A DNA stretch of 64,000 bases, taken from assembly GCF_009914755.1 (NCBI RefSeq), contig NC_060927.1; one strand, given 5' to 3'. The position numbers and the translations under genes were made by a program. This DNA comes from the human T2T-CHM13v2.0 reference genome, Homo sapiens. Below the pieces are notes generated by a model. That model made no database searches. It was not told the DNA's origin and worked only from the letters and a program-made list of their open reading frames with translations. Shown in pieces: positions 12,961 through 31,399 of this stretch (position 1 is its first letter; each line of letters begins with the position of its first letter).

Positions 12961-14644
12961 GGGCCCACCAATGAAAGCTGAGGTATGCATTTGAGCTTTC
13001 ACACATATATGATTGCTTTCTGGAAATTTTTTTTTAATCAAAAGACTTAAGAGCATAAAACAAGAAATTGGGGAAGCTGGTGAGAGAAAAGAGATGATCA
13101 TTTACTGTAAATTCTCAATAAAAGAGAAATCATTTTCCAATAAAATTGAAAATAACTTTTTAAATTATTTTAGCATTTTACAGGGCATATTTAATCATAG
13201 CAAAAATAAAAGCTGCTTGCATATCTTATATAAATCTTTTATAGAATCATTTCTTTCTTCTTCTCTTGAGGATCTCTGACTTTGAGGTCATTCTAGAGTA
13301 GGTGTGCTCATGAAGGAAGTGTTGCGGAGGTTTTAGAAAGATAGAAATCACGTACAGAGAAGTACTTCCCTCTGCCTTCCACAAGGCACACCATTAAATA
13401 ACTATGGAACATTCATTCCCTCTAATAACACAGCTCTGTGCAGGAAACCTTGTTTGTTCCTTGGGTAGGAATAGTGGGAGGGGAAGAGGTGTCAGGGGAG
13501 AGACCCGCATGGGAGGGGTGCTAGAACAACAACAAAAAGATACTATGTTAGAGGCTAATAGGGAAAAAAAAGCACATTGCAGGTATTTTTGCTTCTGTGG
13601 GCACAGGCCTTTGTCTTGGATCCTGGGCTGTCCAAAAAATAAAAGCTCTGGGCAACATGAGATTAGGGGTTTCTCTTCCTTTCAGAGGACAGCTCTGTTC
13701 TTTTTTATCCTCACAAAGTCACCAGTGTGAACGATGGAATACAGGAAGCACTATAGTTTTTGTTTTGACCCACTAAATGTCAGTAAGCAAAATGCACCCA
13801 AAAATTTTTCAAGTAATTTTTGTTTTTCAGTGTGGAAGAGTGAAATAATAGAATCTTTCTACAGCCTGATTATCAACTGGTTTGCTTGCAAACAGCTAAA
13901 ATTGCTTGCAATGTTTCTTTTCTAATTTAACTGGTACAAGTATATTCAAATCTGCCTGCACTTATCCATTTACATCTCACATATACTTCTTGTAAAATGT
14001 GCATTGTCAGACAAAATGGGCCTGAGCCCATGGATGAAAGATGGGGAACATAACCCCTGGGGCAGAATCACACTCACTTAATGGCAGATAAAACTGCTTC
14101 TTTGAGGAGTCTAATGTCTTTGGAATGCCTCCTAGGGATCCTGTCCTACGGATTCCACCAGCCAGCAGGTTATGAAGAGACTTTGGGGCCTTTTGCTACC
14201 GCTCTGGGTGGTCAACTTGTTGGTGACGGTGCCTGGCTAAAAGTTCAACAATAGCTGCATGCTGGGGAAGCATCTGGTCAGCTGCTTCTGGGAAACCCAG
14301 CAGCAGGAATCACGGAAGGCTCCCGAGCTACCCTTTGCCATTGCTCACCCCCTAGTGGGCAGCCTGCTGGGCGACCCAGGCACTAGGGAATTTCTTGCCT
14401 TCTTGCTCTCCAACTTCTCAAAACATAATTTCTATTTGAAGATGTTCCACCTCCATGAAAGATCTATCCTTAATCTTTAGCAAGTCAAGGTTTCCCTTCT
14501 GAGTACTTATACTTATTAACCTCCCTCAAAGTAAGGTTAGGTTCATGTAAATACTTCATGTGTTTTGTCATGACATGAAGTATCCCTAAACCAGCTCCAT
14601 TTCCTCCAAAATTCACTGCAGTATGAGGCAAACACACAGAATAT

Positions 14645-19432
<4,788 letters not shown>

Positions 19433-19481
19433 TCATCTTTTGGTTGGGTGATTCTTGGTCCCCCATGGATAGGAATGATAC
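19433..19481 (-). CDS. NEK10: NEK10 terminal exon, coding part: (R)YHSYPWGTKNHPTKR-stop
   Basis: Minus strand reads cttatag|G TAT CAT TCC TAT CCA TGG GGG ACC AAG AAT CAC CCA ACC AAA AGA TGA. The phase matches the upstream exon ending AAC AG. The peptide matches the NEK10 C-terminus as I recall it. Confidence 0.93.
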
Positions 19482-20034
19482 CTATAAGATTCAGAAGTGG
19501 AAAGAATTCTCTATAGTTACAAATATTTTAGTTCATACATTCAATTTCAAAAACTGGGGCTCAGGCATATAAGTAAATAAATCACAGTAAATAAAAAGAC
19601 GATTATTTTTGTTAGGATGGGGACATTTTTAAAAAGCTGCCTTTGGCTGAAGTCTGGTGCTAACAAGGCCTTTCTCAAATTATGAACTCAATAGGAACTG
19701 ATAACACTTTGTAGTAGAAAAACAAATATTCATTCAAAATAGCTTGTATACTTGAATACCTGTGTAGGTTAAAATAACTAATTTACACGCTTATCAGTCA
19801 ATTGGGGAAATAAAACAATTCAAGTTGATTCAATGTAGATTTGTTATCTTGTATACTGTTATTTCTCAACACATTTTATTATTAAAAATAAAATATTAAT
19901 GTAATACATAAGTATATTCATAAAGATTATATGCTCATTATCTGTTTATTCATGACTCAAATGATTTTATCCTCACAAACAACAATGATAAAATTAAGGC
20001 ATATTAAGTTGCATCCTTCTGGTAAGCAAGCTAA

Positions 20035-20286
20035 ATGCTTATGTATATAAAACGTAATTTATCATACAACCATGCAAATGATCAAAAATAGAGCCTGCTT
20101 TGGGAAGAGCTATGAGGCTGGCCAAGCCTTTTTGACCTTCTTTAACTTTCTTTACACAGCTTTCTTCCTTCCAACTCAGTCCTAGCTCCCTTTTTCCCAG
20201 AAGCCCAGAAATGAGAAATACCCAACCTTGGTCAGAGGTCCTTGCTGCTCTTTCTGTTCCTGTTACCATTTTCTTTTCCTAATGCA
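20035..20286 (+). repeat. 252-bp local duplication, copy 1
   Basis: Matches 22196-22447 with 6 substitutions and no indels. I do not recognise it as a known interspersed repeat. Confidence 0.95.
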
Positions 20287-21299
20287 GCATTTTATGCCTG
20301 AGACATTCTTCCTAACTGTCCAAGCAGTCTCCTCATGATTTAAACAGTTCCAGAAATCTTCCTCAAAGATAGCTAACAGATAGATAATGGCTTTATCCTG
20401 AGACTTTCAGTCTGAAAATGGCACCTCTCTATTCTCTTCCTTAACTAAATATAAACCCTATAATTTAAACCAAAAATGTACCTTATCTTGAATTAATCCT
20501 TTAGTGACTGGCTGGCTAGATGATGTGTGTACTATTCAAACTGATAGTCTTAAATTGTAAACTTGAATAACACCGAAATTATATATGTAACTTTCTCAGC
20601 ACGGTGCTTAATTCATTTAAGAACAAATTTTGCAATGACGATGATGACAATGATGACCATGTCAATGAGAACAACAGAGATCTGGGTAGACCCTGGTGAA
20701 GGAGTGAAAACGGTGTTCCTCATTTCCAACCACATAGCTAAAACAGCTTTCCTCAATTGTATTCCATGTAAAGAGTGAGGAAAACACTGAGGTCAACAAA
20801 CAAGGTCAACAGATTTCTTTCTTATAGTACATCTCAGAGTCTTTAATATAGTAATAGGTGTCAACATTCTCCAAATATAAAAAATTGTACATTCTGAGTT
20901 TCCCAAATATATGTGGCCATGAAACTTTATTTTTCAGAGACTATCTATTGACATCTTTGATAATATTGCCCATTCTATGAAACCTATTGGGGAAAAATGC
21001 AGTCTACTAATTCTAAATACTGATTCTAAATACCTCTACATATGCTGTGACATTTAGCACCCTCCATCCTTTGTGGAAAAAAGCATGACAGTACCAGCTA
21101 ATCTGATTTGTACTTGGAGTTATGTGTTATTCACAGTTTGTGGATTAGTAGGTGCTTCTAATTGAAGCCTGACTTATTTCTTGGAAATTATTTTGGAATA
21201 CTAGTAAACAAAGAGTGGCTTTAGGCACAAACAAGGGTTATTTTTACAAACAAATTCTGGAGAGTTTTTCTCCCAAGATATGTTCTATCATTGCTATTA

Positions 21300-21665
<366 letters not shown>

Positions 21666-22195
21666 TCATTTTAATTTGGAGCACTTTAAGAAAATTTAAT
21701 GCAATACCCAACTTATATTGCTTAAACTTGACTGTTTCATCATACCTTCATAATAGATTCACAATTACAAATATAACTGAATAATTTTTTGCCTTTGTTA
21801 TAAGGCATCTTATTATCTGTTTATCATAATAAGAAAATTTGCAATGTCTTTTAATAAAGCCATATGTCTTTGGAACTAGATCGGTTTAAAACCTAATGAA
21901 AGTAGAATTGAAAAAGAATAATGATAAATTCCAAAATAAGACAAATATTTTTTAATAAAGGGAAAATAAAAGTTCTTGTAAGAGCTTCCTTAAGTTCCTT
22001 GCACACTTAGTTTTTCTTGATATTTAAATGATTTTCTGCAAAAAATATGAAGACATTCCTTGCCCATGATCCCAAGTCTCTGAGAAAATGCAGATAAAAT
22101 GACAAGAGTCATCTTTTCCCCAGTACAAGCCAAGGGCACTTGAAATAATGAGGCTCACAGTTAAAAACAGAAACATTCATACTATCCATGATAGT

Positions 22196-22447
22196 ATGCT
22201 TATGTATGTAAAATGTAATTTATCATACAACCATGCAAATGATCAAAAATAGAGCCTGCTTTGGGAAGAGCTACGAGGCTGGCCAAGCCTTTATGACCTT
22301 CTTTAACTTTCTTTACACAGCTTTCTTCCTTCCAACTCAGTCCTAGCTCCCTTTTTCCCGGAAGCCCAGAAATGAGAAATATCCAACCTTGGTCAGAGGT
22401 CCTTGCTGCTCTTTCTGTTCCTGTTACCATTTTCTTTTCCTAATGCA
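22196..22447 (+). repeat. 252-bp local duplication, copy 2
   Basis: Direct repeat of 20035-20286 at offset 2161, with a 9-bp hairpin at the left junction. Confidence 0.95.
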
Positions 22448-24099
22448 TATACTCAGCCCTTGAATAGAAAATGAAAATTCAAAAATCTCTCCAGGGATGG
22501 TGGGAGGAGAGTAGTTGTGGAGATGGTAATTTCTATTGACGGTATATCTTTAGAAAATGAGAATTACTCATTGTTCCTCTGCAGTTACAAATCACAACAG
22601 ATCTAAATTTATAAAGGTAGTATTTTGAAACTGTTATCAAGTCAAAAGAGCAAGTAGTTGAATAATTTTACTTGTGACTCATAAGAAAAACTCCTTGAAA
22701 TGGGAGAAGTAGAAGAAAAAGGAGAAGAAACACTGGAGACTGAACTAACCTTAGAAAAGAATCTAATTTCTATATAATGACCTTAACAGGATGTTCTTGA
22801 GCCCTCTTTCTCTTCCCGTTGTTACTAGTCATCTTTGGTGAAGACTTCTGGAATAATTTAAATAGTGGTCACAAAATAGCTTCAATAATTGAAAAGGAAG
22901 GCAGTCCCTCCAGGCATAAAAGACCACTTTGAGAGAATATACTCCAAAGGACTATGCCTCCTAAAACAACTGTGGCCCAGATAGAGTGTGTGTGTGGATA
23001 CTTGCAACCAATTTGATGACTCAGCTATGAGTAGGCTCCTTAGGTAAGTCAACAGACAACTCTTGTGTAGCAGACATTGTAAACACCCATACCCCTATCT
23101 ATTCCACTTCAAAGCACGCTGGCAGATTTCTACCTGCTAATATATAAAGAAATTCAATAATGGAATACCTGCACTTCTTTTCCTGAGGATTTCTCTGACC
23201 CCTGGAGTCTTCTTTGTTCATATTTACAAAAGGCCAGAAAAAAACAGGGCATTAACACTTCCTAGGGAAAGGCCTTAAACAATGACTGATGGAGATTGGA
23301 GGATAAATACCTCAGCTCTCTCACTCTTTGTGTGGGATGGCCCTGGTACATATTCTATATCAGCTCTTAGATTTCCCCAGTGGGATCAGGCTTCAATCAC
23401 CTACAATGCTAATTTGCTTGATTATAAAACCTTTCTTGAATAACTTCATAGTAAACTAATTGTACTCAAATTGTTGTGCCAACACTATTTCCAAAACTAA
23501 AATTATAAAAATTGATGCAATTGATAAAATAGCATATACTCTTAGAACACCAACGATAGCTATATTGGAAGATAACATACAGCTCCAGTAAATGGAGGTT
23601 TTTTATTTAGGGTAAACAAATGGCAACATACAATAGCAAAGTCTCTTCTCCACAAATATATCTTAAATTCACAAGAAATGATTCTTTGTTCAGTTGCACT
23701 TTGTCCCTAGCCTTCTGTGCAAATAGTGGGTAGATTTAAGTGATAGGAGTGAGTTTTCAGCTCTTCTAGAATGAGACAAACAAATATTTGATGTTTAAAA
23801 AACCAATCTAGAAATGCTTTTTCCATTTACTTATATTTATGATTTTTTATGGGAATAAATTTCTACTAAGCAATCACCCTTTTTGTTTCAACTGAGAATA
23901 CAGCAACTGTGTCCACACAAAAGATGGGCACATATATTCTACTTATAGATGTATCTAGTCTAAGCCAAGATATTTTATAAAAGTATTTAAAATAAAATCT
24001 GAAAAAAAATCCCTCTGGAATAAAGGATAAAGAAATTAGATCTAACATCTGATGACCTCAATTCATCTTTCACAATTGAAGGCAAACTCTAGCTCTTAC

Positions 24100-24155
24100 C
24101 TGTTAGATGTAAAATTGTAATAGCCACTTTCCTCAAGGACTTCTTCAATCACAGT
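24100..24155 (-). CDS. NEK10: NEK10 coding exon (56 nt): TVIEEVLEESGYYNFTSN(R)
   Basis: tttag|ACT GTG ATT ... TCT AAC AG|gtaaga. Canonical splice sites, open frame, phase 0 to 2. Confidence 0.95.
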
Positions 24156-24234
24156 CTAAAATTTTAAAAATCAGGTTAGTATTGAATTAGAAGTAACAAA
24201 ATAAAATCATTCAGAGACACTGCAAAAACCTCAC

Positions 24235-24287
24235 CTGCATCTGTTCATATGTTATTCCTTCCTCCAATTCAATGCTGGTTGGTAAAC
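24235..24287 (-). CDS. NEK10: NEK10 coding exon (53 nt): (G)LPTSIELEEGITYEQMQ
   Basis: ctttttttag|GT TTA CCA ... ATG CAG|gtgagg. Phase 1 to 0, followed by a short 79-nt intron (24156-24234). Confidence 0.95.
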
Positions 24288-24802
24288 CTAAAAAAGATAA
24301 ATTATGGAAAGTCTGACATTTGGGTTCACATTTTCTTAGTTATTCTTTACTGGCAATTATGACTTCAACCACAGGGCAAACAGGTCAATTTCTTAATGAT
24401 AAAGATGGAACAAGCAAATTCCAAAGCATCTGCCTTGGCTTTGAATATTCAAGTGTTTTGTTTTCCTTTCTTTAATAACTGACTTCCTTGGGCATGGGCA
24501 TCACAAAATGATATATGAAGATTAAGGGGCATTGCTCATAGTGTCCAATAAAGTTAGAGGTGTGTGTGTGTATGTGTTAAGGGCAAGTGAGGGGTGATTC
24601 CCAATGCAAATTACCTGATGGGTGTTTTCTGATTAAGAAACTCTCCCTAATCTACAGGCTAAGAAGAATAAATATACGTTAGAAAGAAAATTGATTCTTA
24701 CAGGGAGGCAGATACAGATGTAAAGAGACCAAAGATCTGACCCTTTCATATAGCTGCCTAGAGGGAAAAAATATATTTATTGCCAGAAGACTTTTAAAAT
24801 GT

Positions 24803-24959
24803 TTATTATTACTATTATTATTATTATCATCATCATCTTGTAGAGATAGGGTCTCACTATGTTGCCCAGGTTGGTCTTGAATTCCTGAGCTCAAGTCATC
24901 CTCTTGCCTACAGCCTTCCAACGTCTGTACATTATAAGCATGTGCCACCATGGCTGGCC
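24803..24959 (-). mobile_element. FLAM / Alu left monomer with a (TAT/CAT)n-degraded tail
   Basis: gtagagatagggtctcactatgttgcccagg...gccaccatggctggcc; single monomer. Confidence 0.85.
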
Positions 24960-24962
24960 AGA

Positions 24963-26450
24963 TTTTTTTTTTTAATTTAATTTAATTTTAAGTTCCAGGA
25001 TACATGAGCAGGATGTGCAGGTTTGTAATATAGGTAAATGTGTGCCATGATGGTTTGCTGCACCTGTCAACTCAGTAGCTAGGTATTAAGCCCAGCATGC
25101 ATTAGCTATTTATCCTGATGCTCTCCCTCCCCTCACCCACTCCACCACCCCAACAGGCCCCAGTGTGTGTTGTTCCCCTCTCTGTGTCCATGTGTTCTCA
25201 TTGTTCAGCTCCCACTTATAAATGAGGACATTTGGTGTTTGGTTTTCTGTTCCCGTGTTAGTTTGCTGAGGATAATGGCTTCCAGCTCCATCCATGTCCC
25301 TGCAAAGGACATGATCTCATTCCTCTTTATAGCTGCATGGTATTCCATGGTGCATGTGTACCACATTTTCTTTATCCAGTCTATCATTGATGGGCATTTG
25401 GGTTGATTCCATGTCTTCACTATTGTGAATAGTATAGCAATGAACATATGTGTGCATGTATCTTTATAAGGGAATGATTTATTTTTCTTTGGGTATATAC
25501 CCAGTAATGGGATTGCTGGTTCAAATGGTATTTCTGGTTCTAGGTCTTTGAGGAATAGCCACACTGTCTTCCACAATGGTTGAACTAATTTACATTCCCA
25601 GCAACAGTGTAAAAGCATTCCTATTTCTCCACAGCCTTGCCAACATCTGTTGTTTCTTGACATTTAAATAATTGCCATTCTGACTGGCACAAGATGGTTT
25701 CTCATTGTGGTTTTGATTTGCGTTTCTCTAATGATCAATGATGTTGAGCTTTTTATCATATGTTTGTTGGCCGCATAAATGTCTTCATTTGAGTAGCATC
25801 TGTTCATGTCCTTTGCCTACTTTTTAATGGGGTTGCTTTTTTCTTGTAAATTTGTTTAAGTTCCTTGCAGATTCTGGATATTACACCTTTGTCGGATAGA
25901 TAGATTGCAAAAATTTTCTCTTTCTGTAGGTTGTCTGTAAACTCTGATGATAGTTTCTTTTGCTGTGCAGAAGCTCTTTAATTAGATCCCATTTGTGAAT
26001 TTTTGCTTTTGTTATAATTGCTTTTGGCATTTTCGTCATGAAATCTTTGCCCAGGCCTATGTCCTGAATGGTATTGTCTAGATTTTCTTCTAGGGTTTTT
26101 ATAATTTTGGGTTTTACATTTAAGTCTTTAATCCATCTTGAATTAATTTTTGTATAAGGTGTAAGGAAGGGGCCCAGTTTCAATTTTCTGCATGTGGCTA
26201 GTCAGTTCTCCCAGCACCATTTATTAAATAAGGAATCCTTTCCCCATTGCTTGTTTTTGTCAGGTTTGTCAAAGATCAGATGGTTCCAGATGTATGGTCC
26301 TATTTCTGAGTTCTCTATTCTGTTCCATTGGTCTATGTGTCTGTTTTTGTACCAGTCCATGCTGTTTTGGTTACTAAAGCCTTGTAGTATAGTTTGAAGT
26401 CAGGTAATGTGATGCCTCCAGCTTTGTCCTTTTTGCTTGGGATTGTCTTG
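24963..26450 (-). mobile_element. 5'-truncated L1PA (intermediate age), about 1.5 kb
   Basis: Disrupted ORF2 C-terminal homology (ORFs 25205-25663 and 25881-26183), 3' UTR and T-tail. TSD approximately GCTGG(C/A)CAGA(T/C)TTT. Confidence 0.93.
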
Positions 26451-27249
26451 CTGGACAGACTTTATGATGGTTGATCAGAATTTGGTATACCAGCACCTTA
26501 ACACACTCCGATGCCACCCAAAGCCGTGTTGACCAGCTTTCACTCAAACCAATCAACACTGACATGTAGAGGCCTAGGCCACTTCTCTGCCAATTCAAAT
26601 AGAGAAGAGAGAATGGGTTTAGGGTCAAGAAGAGATGTGAAAATGTGAGTACTGGTGGCTCATCTTTAAAGGCATACCCCACAGTACTGGCAGGCTCTGC
26701 TGTTTTTGCTTTTGCCCAGCCAGCTGTGACATGGGCCAAGCCTAGTCAGCTCTGGAGTGGGGCATCCAGCTGCCCTGGGGGGAGTTTGTCAACTCACCCT
26801 CAGGTTTTTGAGAGATTTTTATCAAAGTTCTTCATTTCATCAGAGTTTCTATGATGCGGAGAAGTTTGACCTGCAGATAAACTTCCCTGTCTTGGAAATG
26901 ATTTTAAAAGCAAATTACTTTAAACAACTTTTTATCTTGGATTTCTCAGAGATTATTTTAAATAAAATTCTGCATACATAGGGTTTAGCTTTATCCCAGA
27001 AGACCAAAGGAAAGTTTGTCAATTAATTCATGAAATAATTTGTTCAGTCAGCAACAAAAGCACAACAAAAGTGAGCATTTTTTCCAAGCTAAAGAGATGG
27101 CAAGTCTTCATTTAACTGTAAAATCTTCACTTCTATCCACTCCTCCAAGTGACATAGCTACCGTTTATAAAGATTCAAAAATTATTTAGGAGTACTGAAA
27201 CCTCAGAGTAGCTTGAAAGCTTCCTCTTAGAATTCAGATATGACAAGAA

Positions 27250-27485
27250 GAGTTCAATTATGCTGAGCCCCTACTAATAGACAGGCAGTTTTTATTTTTA
27301 CTCTAATCCTCACTATAACCTTGTGATGCAAGTATTTATCCCCATTTTACAGGCAAGGAAACTGGGGTTCAGAGAGGTTAAATAGTTGTCCATAGTCAGC
27401 TACTAAATGGTTTAGCCAAGATTTGAATCTAGGCACCCAGGTTTCCAGAATATGTGCCTTTAAATCCCTATGCTATACTGCCTCC
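27250..27485 (-). mobile_element. MIR
   Basis: atccccattttacaggcaaggaaactggggttcagagaggttaaat core. Confidence 0.75.
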
Positions 27486-27919
27486 CTATGTGAATTTTAT
27501 GTAAAAGAGAAAAAAATTCAAGTGTCTAATGTGGATTCTTTAGGTGAGTTTCAAGGGTTTCTCTATTTTGAATATTTAAACTCCTTATTTCTGCTCTTTA
27601 TCTCCCTACATGCTTTAGGGAATTTGATTTCCCATCATCAGATAAGCAAAAAGAAATAAAAGGAAATACAACTCACCCACACAGATTCTGCTGTTTGTTT
27701 ATGATATTAATAAATGATCAAGGAAGCTGCCACAACTGGGTAAGATAAATTTCAGGGAATTTCTAGATTCCTACCATATGTGCCTTCCAACTATTGCTAT
27801 AAATAATCAAAACAAGCTCTATTTAAAAAAAAATTGGAGATAATCTTTTAGAAATAGCTGTTGATCCAAACAATATATTTCTTCATGAAAGCCAGGTTAC
27901 CCATGTTGATCACTATTAC

Positions 27920-28028
27920 CTGTAGGGTCATTTGGGGACAGGCTGTTTCCACCGGATGAACGATGTAATAAATGGTAATCTGCTGTGAAAAAGTTGGGCT
28001 CAATCGGTTCTGGAGATCCCTGAGATAA
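27920..28028 (-). CDS. NEK10: NEK10 coding exon (109 nt): LSQGSPEPIEPNFFTADYHLLHRSSGGNSLSPNDPT(G)
   Basis: tttctatttcag|TTA TCT CAG ... CCT ACA G|gtaata. Phase 0 to 1, in frame with both neighbours. Confidence 0.95.
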
Positions 28029-28437
28029 CTGAAATAGAAAAAGCAAAATCACATCTTAGTTTACACTCAGAAGGAAATGGCAGGAGACCTCTGTGTGGGG
28101 TTTTTCATTTCCCTATGTCTCTGCACAGAAAATTTAGTGTTCTGTGGTTTTCAATCCCTTGTAAATAGATAAAGAAATAATCTTCTTTCCAAAAGAATTT
28201 ATAAATTGGATGCAGCAAAATTACAGTGAAAGCAAGTTGGACAATTCTCTGGTCATATGAAAAAATATACTTTATGGCCTTATGAGAGCAAAAGAAAAAT
28301 GAATATAAAAATACTGGCATGAAGCTGGGATATCAAGATGTTATTTTTATCAGGCATGGGAGGAATAAACTCCAATTATTCAACAGAACAATATGCTTAG
28401 CCCAAATCACTATTTTTTTTTCATGTATCTGCTTTGA

Positions 28438-28830
<393 letters not shown>

Positions 28831-29139
28831 TAATTTTAATCTCCAAATATTAATTCCCAGCACTCTGATGGAAAGAGTAATTTGCCAAATGACGGTATTT
28901 ATTAAAGTTTCAATCATTTAATGCCTTTCTATAAAGCTGAATTTTTAAAGTAGAATTTTAGACCGTAAACGTTTTTCAACCTCCTTTCACCTTTAATTCC
29001 AATTATCACTTGGGCTGGCCAAATTTTAGTGCCTAAATTACTTTTAAAATATAAATTCATAATAATAAGTCAGAAAAAATGGCATAATTTGTACTATGCT
29101 ATAGTAGTTAGCTTGTATTCATATACTTTGTTTATGAGT

Positions 29140-30110
29140 TAAAATACATCATTGTTCAATCACTTGAGAAAACTATTTGCAATAGACACTACATTTTAAT
29201 AATATATGCCTACCCTATGACCCAGCAATCTGACTCTTAAGGATTTATATGAGAGAAATAAGTGCATATGTCCCATCAAAAGACATGTATAAGAATATTC
29301 ATGCCATCTTTTTTTCATAATAACTAAAATCTAGAAAAACCCCAATTGTCCGTGGAGAAAAGAATGGATAGATATATATCATGGTGTGTTCATACAATGG
29401 AATTCTGCAAAGCAATAAAAAAGAACAAACTATGGATACTCAGAGCAACACGGTTCAGTGTTGGAGAAAAGAAGCCAGAAACAAAATACATAGTGTATGA
29501 CTTCATTCTTAGAAATTTTCATCATCGGTGATATGGTTTGGCTGTGTCCTCACCCAAATCTCATCTTGAATTGTAACTCCCACAATTCCCATGTGTCATG
29601 GGAGGACCTGGTGAGAGGTAATTGAATCATGGGTGTGGGTCTTTCCTGTCTGTTCTCGTGATAGTGAAAAAGTCTCGCAGGATCTGATAGCCTCAAAAAC
29701 TGGAGTTTGCCTGCACAAGCTCTCTCTCTTTTTGCCTGCTGCCACCCGTGTAAGATGTGACTTGCTCCTTCTTGCTTTCTGCCATGATTGTGAGGCTTCC
29801 CCAGCCACGTGGAAATGTAAGTCCAATTAAACCTCTTTCTTTTGTAAATTTCCCAGTCTTGGGTACGTATTTATCAGCAGCATGAAAATAGACTAATACA
29901 ATCAGACAAAACTAACCAAGGGTAACAGAAATCAGGTAATGATTACATTGTGGCAGGAGATGTAATGTGGCCGTACAAAGGGGTCTTCTGCAGAGCTAGA
30001 AATATTCTATATATTGATGTGGGTGGTGGTCGTATGGGTGAAAATGTGTTCATAAAACTTCATGAGGCTGTATATGTACCTCATTGTACTCACTATGAAT
30101 TTATACCTTA
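29140..30110 (+). mobile_element. Old L1M 3' fragment split by a THE1 LTR
   Basis: cctatgacccagcaat...catacaatggaattctgcaaagcaataaaaaagaacaaacta; it resumes after 29900. Confidence 0.7.
29529..29900 (+). mobile_element. THE1 solo LTR (THE1B-like, MaLR)
   Basis: TGATATGGTTTGGCTGTGTCC...GACTAATACA termini. 5-bp TSD ATCGG/ATCAG. Confidence 0.9.
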
Positions 30111-30280
30111 AAATATTTTATATTAGCAATTAAAAATTAATTTTTTCCATCAATGGACTTTGGATATTGTAAATACAAATCATTTGTGGGTTTCCTAGTC
30201 TCCATGTTGACAAACACCTACTACCCTCTAAGGAAAAAAATATATGATTATATCCATTTTTATCAGTGATAACTGATAAC

Positions 30281-30567
30281 TGAGGTAATTGGATCATGGG
30301 GGTGGTTTCCCCCATGCTGTTGTCATGATAGTGTGTGAGATCTCACGAGATCTGATGGTTTTATAAGTGTCTGGCATTTCCCCTGCTTGCACTCATTGTC
30401 TCTCCTGCCGCCCAGTGAAGAAGTGAAGAAGTGCCTTCCACCATGATTGTAAGTTTCCTGAGGCCTCCCCAGCCATGTGGAACTGTGAGTCAATTAAGCC
30501 TTTTTGCTTTATAAATTACCAAGTCTCGGGCATTTCTTCATGCAGCCTGAGAATGGACTAATATATA
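30281..30567 (+). mobile_element. THE1 LTR (THE1C/D-like), 5' end missing
   Basis: It starts abruptly at gaggtaattggatcatgggggtggtttccccc and ends gagaatggactaatata. Confidence 0.85.
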
Positions 30568-31399
30568 ACCCATCTGTAATATGACAAGATTGTAAGATTA
30601 TAAATACTGTAATACAGGAAGCCCTGACAGTCACACACTTAAAAACTTTCTCATCTGTGCTGCAGGGTTTCATGGAGGTAGCCCTGAGCATTCTGTATAT
30701 CTCATATCCCAGCTTGTAGGTGGCTACAAATAAGCTTTTTAATGTCTTGTGATGCTGAAAATGATTTCCTGGTATTACCTTTCAAATGACTTCAGATGGA
30801 ATTTTTCATATGGTTTAGCGTAGGAGTAACTGGCTGCCTGAAATCTCATCCTAATTATAAAAAGCTTACTTAATTTAATTATTAAGTTTATACCTTGGAA
30901 TTCTAAAGATTTCAAAGACAGAAAGATATTTAAAGCCTCAAAAAAAATTACATGAATTGTGACTTGGAGAGGTCAAGATTGCTATTTTAAGATGACAAGG
31001 ACAAGTCATCTTTCAGGGTTCATCTCAAACTCTGAAGAGAGGAGTTTTCATTTCCAGTGCTTATGTCACACTGGTAGTCTCACTGAGCTTAAGAACTGGA
31101 AATTCTTAGAGAGATCGGCACACGGATGAAGGCAAGGACTAAAATTCATTTTTTGACGAATCCCAGATACACTGACTTTCATTCTAGGAACTTCCCAGAA
31201 CTACTTTTTGCAGTTCAGTTTCTAGATATACACATTGTTTTAGCAAACTATTTTTTGCCCCCAGTGTATGTTGGACAGCATGGTTTATGATCTGAGCAGG
31301 ATGCAGAAATAATCTGGTTTCTGTGAGACTTGCAATCTGACTAGGACAACAGGATAATAATGAGCAAAAATAGGGTGATATCATAAATCATGAACCATG

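Noticed and set aside
20630-20700. TGATGA-containing segment resembling a C/D box snoRNA
   Set aside because: It is a degenerate (ATG/GAC)n run at a MIR-like tail, with no properly placed D box or terminal stem.
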